NCBI GenBank assembly: GCA_964550425.1
Contig: CAZJZB010000001.1
Coordinates: forward strand, 3,509-67,508
DNA from: an uncultured Candidatus Saccharibacteria bacterium
Lineage (GTDB): Bacteria > Patescibacteriota > Minisyncoccia > Phycocordibacterales > Phycocordibacteraceae
Direction: 5' to 3'
DNA length: 64,000 bases
The first letter of the stretch is position 1. Each line of letters opens with the position of its first letter. Under the pieces are notes generated by a model. That model made no database searches. It saw only the letters and a program-made list of their open reading frames with translations, and was not told the DNA's origin. Made by a program: the position numbers and the translations under genes. Below, piece after piece: positions 47,837 to 59,421 of the stretch.

Positions 47837-47838
47837 CT

Positions 47839-49998
47839 ATGCGCCGCTTTACCATTCCACTCATTGTTCTCGCACTCGTCATAAGCGCGGCGGGCGTTGC
47901 GCCCGCCGCGCTTGCACAAACGTGTGAAGCGGGGTGTAAACTCGGCTCTCTTGAGGGTATAGAGCAATGCGTTTCTATCAACAATCCTTTAAAGTCCTGC
48001 GACGCAACGAAAGCTGCCGCCACCAAAGTCGCTGCAGAAAAGAACGCCAACGACCCCGCCAACGACCCTTCCTCCCAAATACCCCTCCCTTTTGGGGGTG
48101 GCGGCATCTTCGCCTCTGTCATGACGTTCCTTATGAGCATTTTCGCGTGGCTCTTGGGCGTGGCGATGGTGATGCTTGATTACTCGGTGCTCTACACTGT
48201 TATCAAGATGGGAAGTTATGTGAAAGCACTCCCCGCTATCGGTGTCGCCTGGAGCATCTTGCGCGACATTGGCAACATCACGCTCATATTCGGCTTTCTT
48301 GCCATCGGCATCTCGATCATTCTTAATACCGAGAAACTCGGCTACGGCAAAAAGATGCTCCCGATGCTTCTTGTCGCCGCCGTTTTTCTCAATTTCTCAC
48401 TGTTCATATCCGAAGCGGTCATTGACACGGGCAATCTCTTCGCGACCCAGTTCTACACGCAGATCAATGGCGGCATTCCGGCAGGGAATAAGTCAACTTC
48501 AAACGAAACCATCTCGGGCAAGATTATGTCCCAACTAGGGCTCCAGACCCTGTACGGTGCCGCGCTCAGTGAAGAACGAATTAAGAAAGAGATATTTAAA
48601 GAAGACAATATCGGGTTCATAAGCATTATGGGTATTTTGCTTTTCATCGTCGCGGCGTTCGTGATGTTCTCGCTCGCATTCATACTCATCGCGCGTTTCG
48701 TCGCGCTCATCTTCCTCATCATCCTTGCGCCTATCGGCTTTGCGGGGCTCGCGATACCACAGCTTGCTCCATCGGCGAAGAAGTGGTGGGACACGCTTTT
48801 TGAACAGACCATCACCGCGCCGATCCTATTGCTTCTTCTCTATATAGCTCTCCTTGTCATCACAAACGACAATTTCATATTTGATCCCATTGCCGGTAGC
48901 AAGCCGGATTATTTGGGATTTATTCAGGCCACAAACGGAACATTTAATTTACCCGGCCTAGCAAGCATCTTGCTTTCCTTCCTTGTCGCGATGGGGCTCC
49001 TACTCGCGGTTACTATTTTTTCAAAAAAGTTGGGCGCCTTCGGCGCCGACTGGGCGACGAAGACCGCTGGCAAACTCACCTTCGGTGCGACTGGTTTGGT
49101 CTTGCGCTCGACGGTCGGATTAGGGTCATATGCTGCTTCAAGGGCAATACGCTTAAGTAAAAATAAATATTACGGTAATAAAACAAAAGTCGGGCGCGTG
49201 CTTGCGGGAACATTCGATCGTGGGGCGAAAGCAAGTTTCGATGTACGCGGTGCTACAACGCTTGGCGGTCTAAAAGCGGCTGGCATTGAAGCCGGAGAGG
49301 CACAAAAAGGTGGATATCGCGAACGACAAGAAAAAGCTATTGAGTCGCACAAAAAGTACATCCAATCTGTTACTGCAGCTATTGATGAGCGCGGAGCAAC
49401 AAAAGAAGAGGAAGCAAAAATCGCAGCAGCGGAAGCAGCACAAAAGAGTGCACAAACGGCATATGAAACCGCGGAGGAAAAATACAAAACAGCGAAAGAG
49501 CAACTCGATCCACAAATTGCACAACAGAAGGCAGAAATCGAACGTCTTGAGAAAGAAAAGGATCGGAATGATAAATTCTTACCGCCAAATCCAGAAATTG
49601 AGCAAAAACTTAAGGATGCTCGACAGAATCTCTTGACAAGCACGATGAGTTTTGCAACCGAGAACGAGAAATTTAAAAAAGCGACCGGAGATTTTGAGAC
49701 CGCAAAAAAAGCAGTGATAGACGCAAACAGAGTTCCAAGCAAAAGGATTTCAGACGAGAAGAGAGATGCCCAACTAGGGCATGCTGAGAATATTAAGGGT
49801 TCATTGCCGGGCTTGGTAATGTTTGGTCCCGGCGGATCGCTAGCAGCTAAAAAGATCATTAAAGATGCGAAAAAGGATCAAGTAGCAATGGATCGTGACC
49901 GAATGAGAAAATTATTCGAAACAATGGATAAAGAACTAGGTGAGGAAAAGAAAGAGGAGAAGCATGAAGAGGAAGCATCCCAATCAAAGCATCTATGA
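47839..49998 (+). CDS. Polytopic membrane protein, TrbL/VirB6-like, with a coiled-coil tail
   Basis: WSILRDIGN, LNFSLFI...ID.GN, R...LIFLIILAPIGF, KKWW. Confidence 0.65.
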   Translation: MRRFTIPLIVLALVISAAGVAPAALAQTCEAGCKLGSLEGIEQCVSINNPLKSCDATKAAATKVAAEKNANDPANDPSSQIPLPFGGGGIFASVMTFLMSIFAWLLGVAMVMLDYSVLYTVIKMGSYVKALPAIGVAWSILRDIGNITLIFGFLAIGISIILNTEKLGYGKKMLPMLLVAAVFLNFSLFISEAVIDTGNLFATQFYTQINGGIPAGNKSTSNETISGKIMSQLGLQTLYGAALSEERIKKEIFKEDNIGFISIMGILLFIVAAFVMFSLAFILIARFVALIFLIILAPIGFAGLAIPQLAPSAKKWWDTLFEQTITAPILLLLLYIALLVITNDNFIFDPIAGSKPDYLGFIQATNGTFNLPGLASILLSFLVAMGLLLAVTIFSKKLGAFGADWATKTAGKLTFGATGLVLRSTVGLGSYAASRAIRLSKNKYYGNKTKVGRVLAGTFDRGAKASFDVRGATTLGGLKAAGIEAGEAQKGGYRERQEKAIESHKKYIQSVTAAIDERGATKEEEAKIAAAEAAQKSAQTAYETAEEKYKTAKEQLDPQIAQQKAEIERLEKEKDRNDKFLPPNPEIEQKLKDARQNLLTSTMSFATENEKFKKATGDFETAKKAVIDANRVPSKRISDEKRDAQLGHAENIKGSLPGLVMFGPGGSLAAKKIIKDAKKDQVAMDRDRMRKLFETMDKELGEEKKEEKHEEEASQSKHL

Positions 49999-50693
49999 AC
50001 CAAGACCAACCAGAACTTACTTTTGATGAAAGCGTGAAGCAGGTAATGCAAAACCTGCCGCCGGTCATACGCGCTTATCTCGCGCAAGGGAAGTACACCA
50101 CGGTCGCAAAAAATCTTATGACTAAATACGGTCTTCGTGTTGACCAAGCGGGCGTTCTCGAGCGGGAGACCATGTTGCTTTTGATGGGTATAGAGAACCC
50201 GGACGAGTTCATGCAAACGCTCATTGAGGAAGCAAAACTGGATAAAAAAATCGTTGACGGCATCGTGCAGGATGTGAATATGCAGATTTTCATTCCCTTG
50301 CGGCAGGAAGAAATGAAAGGCGAGCGAATCCATTTGGAGAACAAAATTTCTCTTCATCCGGCGCTGGCGGCACCGCAAGCCGCTCCACATTCGCTCAAAG
50401 CTATTGGTGGCGCAGCGCATCTTGTCGCGATTGCGTCTCCAAAAGCACTAAACAACAAGATGCTTGAAGACCATGAAGAGCCGCACATTGAATTCACCAA
50501 CATGGCGCCGCCGCTACGAGCGCGAACCGCGCCCCCGCCGCCGAATCTCCCCGGCGCGATGCCGAGTGTAACAACAGCCAACAGCCAACCGTTACCTCCC
50601 AACAAAATTTCACAACCCCCTGTGCCGCCCCCTCGTCCACCAGTGAAGCCATATTCAATCGACCCTTATCGGGAGCCAATTGACGAGAAATAA
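49995..50693 (+). CDS. Hypothetical protein with a Pro-rich tail ending DPYREPI
   Basis: ATGA-coupled to the upstream gene. Confidence 0.78.
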   Translation: MNQDQPELTFDESVKQVMQNLPPVIRAYLAQGKYTTVAKNLMTKYGLRVDQAGVLERETMLLLMGIENPDEFMQTLIEEAKLDKKIVDGIVQDVNMQIFIPLRQEEMKGERIHLENKISLHPALAAPQAAPHSLKAIGGAAHLVAIASPKALNNKMLEDHEEPHIEFTNMAPPLRARTAPPPPNLPGAMPSVTTANSQPLPPNKISQPPVPPPRPPVKPYSIDPYREPIDEK

Positions 50694-50740
50694 AAGAGAA
50701 ATGTGGATAACTGGCGGACGCAGATGTTATACTTGCGGTC

Positions 50741-51073
50741 ATGTTGACTCCTTCCGATAAAAAATTCCTGACAGAAAACTTCGCGACGAAGAAAGAGCTT
50801 AAAGAAGTGCGCGATAGTGTCGATCTCGTCCGACAAAAGCTTACGACATTGAGTATCGAGAGATTCGATTTCAACTCGCGGCTCGCCTCGATAGAGGCAT
50901 CTTCTTTTCGAACTGAAGAAAAGATTGATAAGTTGATAACTATTGGTGAAGGTAATGCTGGAAATATTGCTGACCTGCAACAGGAAAATAAGATGGGCGC
51001 CATCACGCTTCGCCGATATGGAATCCAAATCGGGGAGTTGGCAAAAGCGGCGAAAACGAAAATCTCCCGTTAG
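50741..51073 (+). CDS. Small coiled-coil hypothetical protein
   Basis: FATKKELKE motif; TGT-TATACT 7 nt before the ATG. Confidence 0.7.
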   Translation: MLTPSDKKFLTENFATKKELKEVRDSVDLVRQKLTTLSIERFDFNSRLASIEASSFRTEEKIDKLITIGEGNAGNIADLQQENKMGAITLRRYGIQIGELAKAAKTKISR

Positions 51074-51132
51074 TTGCGTTCTCTCACGCCTTTCTATATA
51101 GTATCCATATCCCGCGTTCGCGGGTTTTCTAA

Positions 51133-51546
51133 ATGGCAACAATCAATCAACTCTCCAAAAGAGGCCGAAAGGACCGGTCGCGCAAAACAAGCGTGCCCGC
51201 TCTTGCGCGCGGTTTTAATGCGCTCAAGAATCGCCCGACGTATTACGCTTCGCCTTTCAAGCGCGGCGTCTGCACGAAAGTGACTACAAAGACCCCAAGG
51301 AAGCCAAACTCCGCTATCCGTAAAATCGCCCGTGTGCGTCTCACTAACGGCATGGAAGTAACCGCTTATATCCCGGGCGAGGGACACAACCTGCAAGAAC
51401 ACTCGGTCGTATTGCTTCGCGGCGGGCGTGTGAAGGACGTCGGCGTTCAGTACACCGTCGTGCGCGGCAAACTCGATACCGCAGGTCTCGAGAAGCGCCG
51501 TCGCTCGCGCTCGCGCTACGGTGCCAAGCGCCCTGTGGCGAAATAA
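51133..51546 (+). CDS. rpsL: 30S ribosomal protein S12
   Basis: [28 protein letters not shown]. Confidence 0.98.
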   Translation: MATINQLSKRGRKDRSRKTSVPALARGFNALKNRPTYYASPFKRGVCTKVTTKTPRKPNSAIRKIARVRLTNGMEVTAYIPGEGHNLQEHSVVLLRGGRVKDVGVQYTVVRGKLDTAGLEKRRRSRSRYGAKRPVAK

Positions 51547-51619
51547 TCCCTCTAATGTATGAACATTATTCGGGATCTACGTGCGTGTAACATTCGAGGA
51601 CTCACTAACACTTACTAAG

Positions 51620-52084
51620 ATGCGACGCCCTCTTAAAAAGAAGCGCACATGGCGTCCGGACCTCAAGTACGGTTCGGAGACGCTCACTCGTTTTATCAAT
51701 GCCGTCATGTGGGACGGCAAAAAAGATACCGCGCGCGCAGTTGTGTATGGCGCGCTCGCCGAGATAGAAAAGGGTGGCGCCAACCCTTTGGAGACATTTG
51801 AATCAGCACTCCGGAACGTCTCGCCCTTGATGGAAGTCCGTTCGCGCCGCGTCGGCGGAGCGAACTATCAGGTTCCGCGCGAAGTTCCGCAGAATCGTCG
51901 TCTCGCACTCTCATTTCGTTGGCTTATTAACGCCGCCCGCGCCAAGAAAGGAAAGCCGATGGCAGAAAAACTCGCTACAGAACTTCTCCTCGCTGCAAAA
52001 AATGAAGGCGATGCGATAAAAAAGAAAGACGAGATGCACCGCATGGCCGAAGCCAACAAGGCGTTTGCCCATTTCGCGTGGTGA
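51620..52084 (+). CDS. rpsG: 30S ribosomal protein S7
   Basis: SRRVGGANYQVP, HRMAEANKAFAHF. Confidence 0.98.
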   Translation: MRRPLKKKRTWRPDLKYGSETLTRFINAVMWDGKKDTARAVVYGALAEIEKGGANPLETFESALRNVSPLMEVRSRRVGGANYQVPREVPQNRRLALSFRWLINAARAKKGKPMAEKLATELLLAAKNEGDAIKKKDEMHRMAEANKAFAHFAW

Positions 52085-52133
52085 TTTTGTAATCAAAATC
52101 ATCCTGAGGTTGTCGAAGGATTACTTTTAAATT

Positions 52134-54281
52134 ATGAATCGCGATTATCCGCTTGAGAAAGTTCGCAATTTCGGCATCATCGCGCACATTGATGCGGGGA
52201 AGACGACGACATCCGAGCGCGTCCTTTTCTATACGGGCAGCCAGCACAAGATCGGCGAAGTGCATGAGGGCGAGACGACGACCGACTGGATGGAGCAGGA
52301 GCGCGAACGCGGCATTACCATCACGGCCGCAGCCATTACGTGTTTCTGGGTGAAAACGGACGAGAAGGATAAAGTTGATACTTCTAAGAAATATCGTTTT
52401 AACGTCATTGATACGCCCGGACACATTGATTTCACCGCCGAAGTGAAGCGCTCTATGCGCGTGCTCGATGGTGCGATTGTCGTCTTTGACGGCGTTGCCG
52501 GCGTTGAGCCGCAGTCAGAGACCAACTGGCGGTATGCGGATGAGGCCGCAGTGCCGCGCGTCTGTTTCATTAACAAACTTGATCGTACGGGCGCATCTTT
52601 TGAAAATTCCTACGCGAGCATTCTCGATCGGCTTTCACCAAAAGCAATTCGCATGCAGATCCCAATCGGTGAGGAGGCGGCGCACGAGGGAGTCGTGGAC
52701 TTACTTACGATGAAGGCCTATACCTTCTCGGGAAATATGGGCGAAGAAGTTATTTGTGGCGAAGTTCCAGAGACGCTTCTTGAAGACGCGAAGAAATATC
52801 GCGCAGCACTCATTGAGCGCATCGTTGAGCAGGACGATACGATGATGGGTGCGTATCTCGAGGGTACAGAGCCAAGCGTCGAAGAATTGAAGGCGATTCT
52901 GCGCAAGGCGGTCACTCATAACGACATATTTCCGGTCTACTGCGGGAGCGCGCTCAAGAATAAAGGCGTGCAACTTGTGCTCGATGCTGTCGTTGATTAC
53001 TTACCATCACCGCTCGACCTCAAGCCCGCTACCGGCATAAATCCGAAGACGGGCGATCCGATTGAGCGTCATGCATCGGACGACGAGCCGTTCTGCGCGC
53101 TCGCTTTCAAGCTTCAGACCGATCCGTTCGTTGGCGCACTGACTTTCTTCCGTGTTTATTCAGGCACGATTGCTTCCGGCTCTTACATTTACAACTCAAC
53201 GACCGGTTCCAAGGAGCGTGTCGGCCGTATCGTGCGCTTGCAGGCGAACAAGCGCGAAGAAGTCGAGAAAGTGTTTACGGGCGAGATTGCCGCCGCTGTC
53301 GGTCTGAAGGATACGAAAACATCGCATACGCTCTGCGACGAGGCAAACCCAATCGTGCTTGAAGAAATAAAATTTCCAGAACCGGTGGTGTCTTTGCGCA
53401 TCGAACCGAAGACAAAAGCGGATCAGGAGAAAATGGGCGTTGCGCTCCGCAAACTCTCGGACGAAGATCCGACCTTCCGCATCAAGACCGACGAAGAAAC
53501 GAATGAGACAATCATTTCCGGCATGGGCGAGCTCCACCTTGAGATTCTCGTGGACCGTATGAAACGCGAATTCAATGTCGTCGCGGACGTGGGTAAGCCG
53601 CAGGTGGCGTATCGCGAGACGATTCTCGGTTCCTCCGAGGCCGAAGGCAAATACATCAAGCAGACCGGCGGTCGCGGCCAGTATGGTCATGTGAAGATCA
53701 AGATGAAGAAGATAGAGCCGGTAGATCCGGAGAAGAAGATATCGAAGAACGTTACGCGCGAAGATCATTTTGAATTCATCAACAACATTAAAGGCGGCGT
53801 CGTCCCGCAGGAATACATTCCGGCAGTTGAAAAGGGCGTGCGCGAGGCGATGGCGCGCGGATTTCTCGCCGGCTTTCCGATGGTTGATATTTCCATCGAG
53901 CTCTACGACGGCTCATACCACGATGTGGATTCTTCGGAAATCGCTTTCAAAATAGCTGCGTCTATGGCATTTAAAGAGGCCGCGCAAAAAGCCAAGCCCG
54001 TTATCCTCGAGCCGATCATGCGCATTGAGGTCATCGTGCCGGAGCAGTTCATGGGCGACATCACCGGAAATCTCTCCGGCAAGCGCGGCCAGATAGAGGG
54101 CATGGAAGAGCGTGGCATGAACAAAGTAGTGAAAGCGAAAGTGCCGCTCTCCGAAATGTTCGGCTACACCACGACACTCCGCTCCATGACCGAAGGCCGC
54201 GGGAGCATGACTATGGAGTTCGACCACTACGACACCGTGCCGAACAATGTCGCAGCCGATATTATTGCGTCCCGAAAGTAG
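52134..54281 (+). CDS. fusA: Elongation factor G
   Basis: [30 protein letters not shown]. Confidence 0.98.
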   Translation: MNRDYPLEKVRNFGIIAHIDAGKTTTSERVLFYTGSQHKIGEVHEGETTTDWMEQERERGITITAAAITCFWVKTDEKDKVDTSKKYRFNVIDTPGHIDFTAEVKRSMRVLDGAIVVFDGVAGVEPQSETNWRYADEAAVPRVCFINKLDRTGASFENSYASILDRLSPKAIRMQIPIGEEAAHEGVVDLLTMKAYTFSGNMGEEVICGEVPETLLEDAKKYRAALIERIVEQDDTMMGAYLEGTEPSVEELKAILRKAVTHNDIFPVYCGSALKNKGVQLVLDAVVDYLPSPLDLKPATGINPKTGDPIERHASDDEPFCALAFKLQTDPFVGALTFFRVYSGTIASGSYIYNSTTGSKERVGRIVRLQANKREEVEKVFTGEIAAAVGLKDTKTSHTLCDEANPIVLEEIKFPEPVVSLRIEPKTKADQEKMGVALRKLSDEDPTFRIKTDEETNETIISGMGELHLEILVDRMKREFNVVADVGKPQVAYRETILGSSEAEGKYIKQTGGRGQYGHVKIKMKKIEPVDPEKKISKNVTREDHFEFINNIKGGVVPQEYIPAVEKGVREAMARGFLAGFPMVDISIELYDGSYHDVDSSEIAFKIAASMAFKEAAQKAKPVILEPIMRIEVIVPEQFMGDITGNLSGKRGQIEGMEERGMNKVVKAKVPLSEMFGYTTTLRSMTEGRGSMTMEFDHYDTVPNNVAADIIASRK

Positions 54282-54292
54282 CACAGAGCTTG

Positions 54293-54420
54293 CCCCGTTA
54301 GAAGCGAGTCCTCGAGCTTTCTAACGGGGACATCATCGCGAGCCGGAAGTAATTTAACCGACACTTCGTGTCCATCAACTAGTATCCACAAAATACTGCT
54401 ATAGCAGGAAGTTATGGATA
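54293..54420. repeat. Stack of palindromic mini-elements after fusA
   Basis: ccccgttagaa...ttctaacgggg (54293-54329), gacac-ttc-gtgtc (54360-54372), TATCCAC element (54383-54420). Confidence 0.75.
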
Positions 54421-54489
54421 ACGGTTAATGTTCCTTAACATCGCCTCATATCTTCAGTATAGCGTGTGTATGTGTGGTATAATCCGCGC

Positions 54490-54783
54490 ATGAACCCGAC
54501 GCTTGAAGAGATATCGGAGAAAGCACGACCCGTATTTGAAAAATATGGTGTGAAGCGTGCGCGCATCTTCGGCTCCTATGCGCGTGGCGAGGCTCGTCTT
54601 GATAGCGACATTGACCTTCTCCTCGATTTTGAAAAACCACTCGGTTTTGAGTTTTATACTGTCCATGAAGAACTTGCGGAAAAGCTCGGTCGCGAGGTGG
54701 ATGTAGTGACCGAAGGAAATATGAATAAATTTCTCCGTCCGTACATCATGCCTGATGTACGTCCACTGTATGAAAAGCGATAG
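54490..54783 (+). CDS. Minimal nucleotidyltransferase antitoxin (MntA-like)
   Basis: FGSYARGEARLDSDIDLL, LGREVDVV. Confidence 0.9.
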   Translation: MNPTLEEISEKARPVFEKYGVKRARIFGSYARGEARLDSDIDLLLDFEKPLGFEFYTVHEELAEKLGREVDVVTEGNMNKFLRPYIMPDVRPLYEKR

Positions 54784-55123
54784 TCCCTACATTGCACAGA
54801 TGCTCGAATGTGCTGCGAAGATAGGGCGATATGTCGGCGAGATGAGTTACGAAGAGTTTCTCAAAGATGAAAAAACACAGAGTGCAGTACTGATGCAATT
54901 GCAGCAGATGGGCGAAATGGCAAAGCGAGTTTCTGAGAAAACGAAAACCGAAGTCGATGTGCCATGGAAGAAAATTGCTGGTTTCCGAGATGTAGTCGCA
55001 CATGACTATGTAGATGTTGATCTTGAGAACGCGTGGAAGATAATTTCTCTCGATCTAACTCAAACCGAGGCACCACTCGTTGCATATCTTAAGGAGCACC
55101 CTCTTCCAGAAATTAAAAACTAG
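54770..55123 (+). CDS. HEPN (DUF86/HepT-like) RNase toxin
   Basis: PWKKIAGFRDVVAHDY (RX4HXY motif). Confidence 0.9.
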   Translation: MKSDSPYIAQMLECAAKIGRYVGEMSYEEFLKDEKTQSAVLMQLQQMGEMAKRVSEKTKTEVDVPWKKIAGFRDVVAHDYVDVDLENAWKIISLDLTQTEAPLVAYLKEHPLPEIKN

Positions 55124-55387
55124 GACATCAGATGTCCTAAATTCACTTTACCTTATCATCCCACTATAGGTTACGTTAAGGTAAAGTTGCCGGCCTTCCT
55201 AAATTACATCAAATATGTTGGTAGGGTAGTTGCATTTATAAGTGTGTTTGCGTATAGTAACCCCAACGCATCTTGGCGTCGCTCTTTGGCTTCCTGCTGT
55301 TATTAGTGGCGAGCCGGAGTGTATTTCCGACTCGAGTCGGATTATTAATTCGTGATTTCAAATTATTAGTTAGATTAACCGATCACT

Positions 55388-56587
<1,200 letters not shown>

Positions 56588-56606
56588 GTTACGGGCAGCT
56601 AACAAC

Positions 56607-57047
56607 ATGGCAACAGCGACGACAGCAAAGCCAAAAATATCAGCCAAAAAAGCACCAGCCAAGAGTGCAGAGGTGGCGCACGTTTCTACTCCCGTAGCCA
56701 AGCGGCCGAAGAAAAGTGCTGCACCTGTTGCTCCGGCCATAGAGCACAAGCTCCGTATCCGTGTCCGCGCCTACGAACACAAAATCCTGGACCTCTCAGT
56801 GAAGCAGATCATGGATACTGCGCTGCGCTTTGACGCGGTTGTCGTCGGCCCCGTGCCGTTGCCGACCGAAACCAAGCGTTGGACGGTGAATCGCTCCACG
56901 TTCGTCCACAAAGACGCGCGGGAGCAGTTCGAAATGCGCATCCATAAGCGTCTCATAGATATTCTGAACCCTTCGCCGAAGGTTATTGAGGCCCTCACGA
57001 ACCTCAATTTACCCTCCGGCGTCACTATCGACGTAAAGATGGTTTAG
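56607..57047 (+). CDS. rpsJ: 30S ribosomal protein S10 with a Lys/Ala-rich N-terminal extension
   Basis: LRIRVRAYEH, GPVPLPT, REQFEMRIHKRLIDI. Confidence 0.96.
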   Translation: MATATTAKPKISAKKAPAKSAEVAHVSTPVAKRPKKSAAPVAPAIEHKLRIRVRAYEHKILDLSVKQIMDTALRFDAVVVGPVPLPTETKRWTVNRSTFVHKDAREQFEMRIHKRLIDILNPSPKVIEALTNLNLPSGVTIDVKMV

Positions 57048-57173
57048 CAGCGCTTCCAAAAACACAGCATCTACGTCGTTGCAGTTCCGAAAATTTCTTC
57101 CGTCGTACATTTGAGTACGCCTCCAGAAATTTTCGTCCCGCGCCTCGTATCTGCAGTATTTTTGAAACCGCTA
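57045..57173. repeat. About 130 bp imperfect long-hairpin element starting at the rpsJ stop codon
   Basis: Imperfect terminal arms tagc..gcttccaaaaacac / gtatttttgaaaccgcta, inner cgaaaatttct / agaaattttcg, apex cgtac-atttga-gtacg. Confidence 0.65.
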
Positions 57174-57194
57174 AAATCCAAAAGATAGCCAAGA

Positions 57195-57230
57195 AAACAC
57201 ATAACCGCCCGCAGGGGCGGTTGTGTGTTT
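57195..57230 (+). terminator. Terminator after rpsJ
   Basis: aaacacataaccgccc-gcag-gggcggttgtgtgttt. Confidence 0.75.
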
Positions 57231-57296
57231 CAGTAAAATCGCCTACTGTGCACAAGCAACACAGCCCATCCAATATTGTGTTGTATGATAACGGAC

Positions 57297-59282
57297 ATGC
57301 GGCATTCGATTCTTTTCATACTCGGGATACTTCTTTTAATCCCTTCGGTTTCTGGCGCGGTTTCTTGTATCGATCTCGATCGCACCCTCTCCCTCAATAT
57401 GAAAGGAGATGATGTTGCCAAGTTGCAGGAATTCCTCCGCGACAATGCAGCATATACGGGGAAAATCGGTGGGAACTTCGGGCGCCTAACCGAAGCGGCG
57501 GTGAAAAGATGGCAGCAAGGAAAAGGCATTACTGCGACCGGTGCCGTCGGACCTCTCACCAGAAATGCAATGAGATGTTCCGCGCAGAAACAAACGTCAA
57601 ATTCTTCGCAGAAGGCGGGAATCGCAACAAAGAACTCCTCTCCCGGCACTCTTTCTCGTGGTGCTAAAGGACCTGATGTTTCCGAACTTCAGCGTTTCCT
57701 AATACAACAAGGATATCTCGCTGCGGGGAACGATTCCGGTTTTTTCGACGCGGCGACCGAAATGGCTGTACAGAAGTGGCAATCAAGTCACGGGCTCGTC
57801 TCACAGGGCTCTCCGGAGACGACCGGTTATGGCGCTGTCGGGCCCCGCACTAAGGCGGCAATTGCCGCCGCGCGCGCCAAGGGCAACACATCTTCTTCCA
57901 GCCCTAGTTTGTCTGGTTCGTCGCAACCATATACCCAATCCGAAGCCATCGCGCTTATTCGGAAGAGGATTATGCCATCAGTGGTCCAGATCCGATGCAC
58001 CGATCGTGATGGTGGGGAGGAATCAGCCATTGGTTCTGGAGTGTACACTTTTGATCCCGCCGCTAATAAGCCGATAGTTTTTACGAATGCCCATGTTGTA
58101 TTAGGGAGTGACGGTAAATTCCACGGATGCAATGTTTATTTTCCTATTGCATCTAACGGATCATTTTCCTTTTACGATTCTGTATATAGTGCAATGGAGG
58201 CAACACTCTATCATAATGTCGAGTCCCGTATTGACGGCGAAATTGTAAATGGAATCGATTCTGCGGTGTTGACACTAACCGCTCCGGGAGTCGATGCGCA
58301 GGGTCTCCAGTTCCCGTTCCCCCCAAAGCAGGAAGACGCAATCAAAGCGATAATTGAGCTCTGTCGTAAAACCGATCCCATCAATATCGGGGACGCTATC
58401 TACAATATTGGATATCCGGGGGTAGGAGGGTCGTCTCTTACGCTTTCGCAAGGAGTGGTTAGCGGTTTCCTGGGACGATTCAATGAAAAAATAAAAGTTT
58501 CAGCAGGTACTTTTTCGGGTAATTCCGGCGGTATCGCTATAGGGCAGGACAACATTTGCGAGTATGGCATTCCAACGTCAGGAATAACCGATGCACGGGT
58601 TGGCGGGAATATTGGATTTTTGCTCAGCTCTGCTTTCATCAATACCTTCACAGAAAATATGACGGGCAACTTGACATACTCCCCTCCCGATATTGCGTCA
58701 GATCCGAACACCTACCTCACCCGCACCTATGCATTTCCTGGTTTCAGCATGAGCTATCCGGAACTCTGGACGATATCGCAGGTAGCGCCCGATGCGGATG
58801 GTGATTGGGCGGTACGCTTCTCGCCGCCTTCCGAGGGCGTTTTGGATGCTTTCACTGAGTCAATAAACGTTACTATATTACCCAACTCAACCCAAGATGA
58901 TCTAGCGAAGGAAATTGCATATTTCAAGAACCTTGCCGTTACGCAAGACCCAACGGCCATAGAGGGAACCGTAATTCTCGGCGGAAGGGTTCAGGCGGAC
59001 AATATTTTCTACAGTGACACGACTTCTGGAAGGGAAGTTCTCACAAGGTTTACGATATTCCTAGAAAATGGGCATATATATACGATTAGCGTTCGTATTA
59101 GTCCAGACAGTCCCAATTACATGAAATATGGTCGGGTATCAAATAACATGCTCAAGTTGATCAAGTTTAATATCTTAGCGCAAATCAGACAGATTCTGCA
59201 GACCGCGAACGCACTTACCGCATTCGAAAGTTTCTTCAAAGCCCTGCAAAATGGTCTCAAGACAAAGTTGGTTGAGTATTAG
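57297..59282 (+). CDS. Secreted peptidoglycan-binding trypsin-like serine protease
   Basis: Two PG-binding domains (GDDVAKLQEFL...AVKRWQ...TGAVGPLT), FTNAHV, GYPG, GNSGG, PsbP-like C-terminal domain. Confidence 0.85.
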   Translation: MRHSILFILGILLLIPSVSGAVSCIDLDRTLSLNMKGDDVAKLQEFLRDNAAYTGKIGGNFGRLTEAAVKRWQQGKGITATGAVGPLTRNAMRCSAQKQTSNSSQKAGIATKNSSPGTLSRGAKGPDVSELQRFLIQQGYLAAGNDSGFFDAATEMAVQKWQSSHGLVSQGSPETTGYGAVGPRTKAAIAAARAKGNTSSSSPSLSGSSQPYTQSEAIALIRKRIMPSVVQIRCTDRDGGEESAIGSGVYTFDPAANKPIVFTNAHVVLGSDGKFHGCNVYFPIASNGSFSFYDSVYSAMEATLYHNVESRIDGEIVNGIDSAVLTLTAPGVDAQGLQFPFPPKQEDAIKAIIELCRKTDPINIGDAIYNIGYPGVGGSSLTLSQGVVSGFLGRFNEKIKVSAGTFSGNSGGIAIGQDNICEYGIPTSGITDARVGGNIGFLLSSAFINTFTENMTGNLTYSPPDIASDPNTYLTRTYAFPGFSMSYPELWTISQVAPDADGDWAVRFSPPSEGVLDAFTESINVTILPNSTQDDLAKEIAYFKNLAVTQDPTAIEGTVILGGRVQADNIFYSDTTSGREVLTRFTIFLENGHIYTISVRISPDSPNYMKYGRVSNNMLKLIKFNILAQIRQILQTANALTAFESFFKALQNGLKTKLVEY

Positions 59283-59383
59283 ATTACACGTTAGACAACA
59301 TACCTGCGGGACCTCCTATTTTCTTGCATTTTTAGACAGCTCGTGTAGAGTAGTCGAATCGCTATGTCCCCTTGGGACCTCCA

Positions 59384-59421
59384 GCAAATCGCACGACAGC
59401 GATTGCTGTCGTGCGATTTGC
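59384..59421. promoter_or_regulatory. Perfect 17 bp stem hairpin in the rplC leader
   Basis: gcaaatcgcacgacagc-gatt-gctgtcgtgcgatttgc, ending 7 nt before the ATG. Confidence 0.6.

Noticed and set aside
50702-50710. oriC from DnaA box tgtggataa
   Set aside because: A single box in a short spacer; no cluster and no dnaA in the window.
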